Positions 63,840 through 64,000 of a stretch of DNA of 64,000 nt are shown here, one piece after another. The notes below the pieces were generated by a model, which searched no databases, was not told where the DNA came from, and worked only from the letters and a program-made list of their open reading frames with translations. A program made the translations under genes and the position numbers. Each line of letters opens with the position of its first letter. The first letter of the stretch is position 1. Source of the DNA: Anaeramoeba ignava BMAN (taxonomy: Eukaryota; Protista; Anaeramoebae); the NCBI GenBank assembly GCA_028826165.1, contig JAPDFW010000079.1, positions 248,001 to 312,000 on the forward strand. The letters run 5' to 3'.

Positions 63840-64000
63840 GAAAATTTAATTTAATTTAATTTAATTCAAAAAAAAGAAAATAAATTTCCAAAAAGAAAAG
63901 AAAAGAAAAGAATTTTTATTCCGTTTTGTTTTTCTTTTTTGTTATTTAAAGAAAATTAATTGAAAAAAAAAAAAATATTTTTGTTCCACTTTTTTCTTTT

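Noticed and set aside
1-64000. Inteins, tRNA or rRNA genes
   Set aside because: I saw no Hint/LAGLIDADG motifs and no structured GC-rich RNA gene; tRNAscan-SE/Infernal would be needed to exclude them fully.

Overview
Extremely AT-rich, intron-containing eukaryotic DNA. The RCC1-BTB, BTB-TLDc and Kelch-BTB genes and TTTCATTTT motifs before start codons suggest a metamonad protist such as Anaeramoeba (inference only). The window holds about 16 host genes: an inositol polyphosphate 5-phosphatase, histone H2B, BTB-TLDc, three RCC1-BTB paralogs, an FG-GAP/FN3 membrane protein, a Slo/BK-like channel, gamma-SNAP, a divergent SMC, SMG9, cathepsin X, BEACH-WD40-FYVE, Kelch-BTB, ESF1, DEPDC5 and a coiled-coil protein. 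Three things stand out. (1) A complete 3.65 kb Sola-like DNA transposon (1027-4680; GAGTGATT inverted termini, ATAT target duplication) sits inside an intron. Its spliced transposase appears to carry an N-terminal PB1-like domain and a C-terminal USP (C19) deubiquitinase with an intact Cys/His/Asp triad. (2) Four 1.3-5.7 kb GT-AG introns are built from gene-specific 9- or 12-mer satellites in which I saw no AG on the sense strand. (3) A 9-exon cathepsin X gene, missed by the ORF track, has a 3-nt micro-exon and no propeptide. Several single-base frameshifts fall in homopolymer runs and are probably long-read assembly errors.
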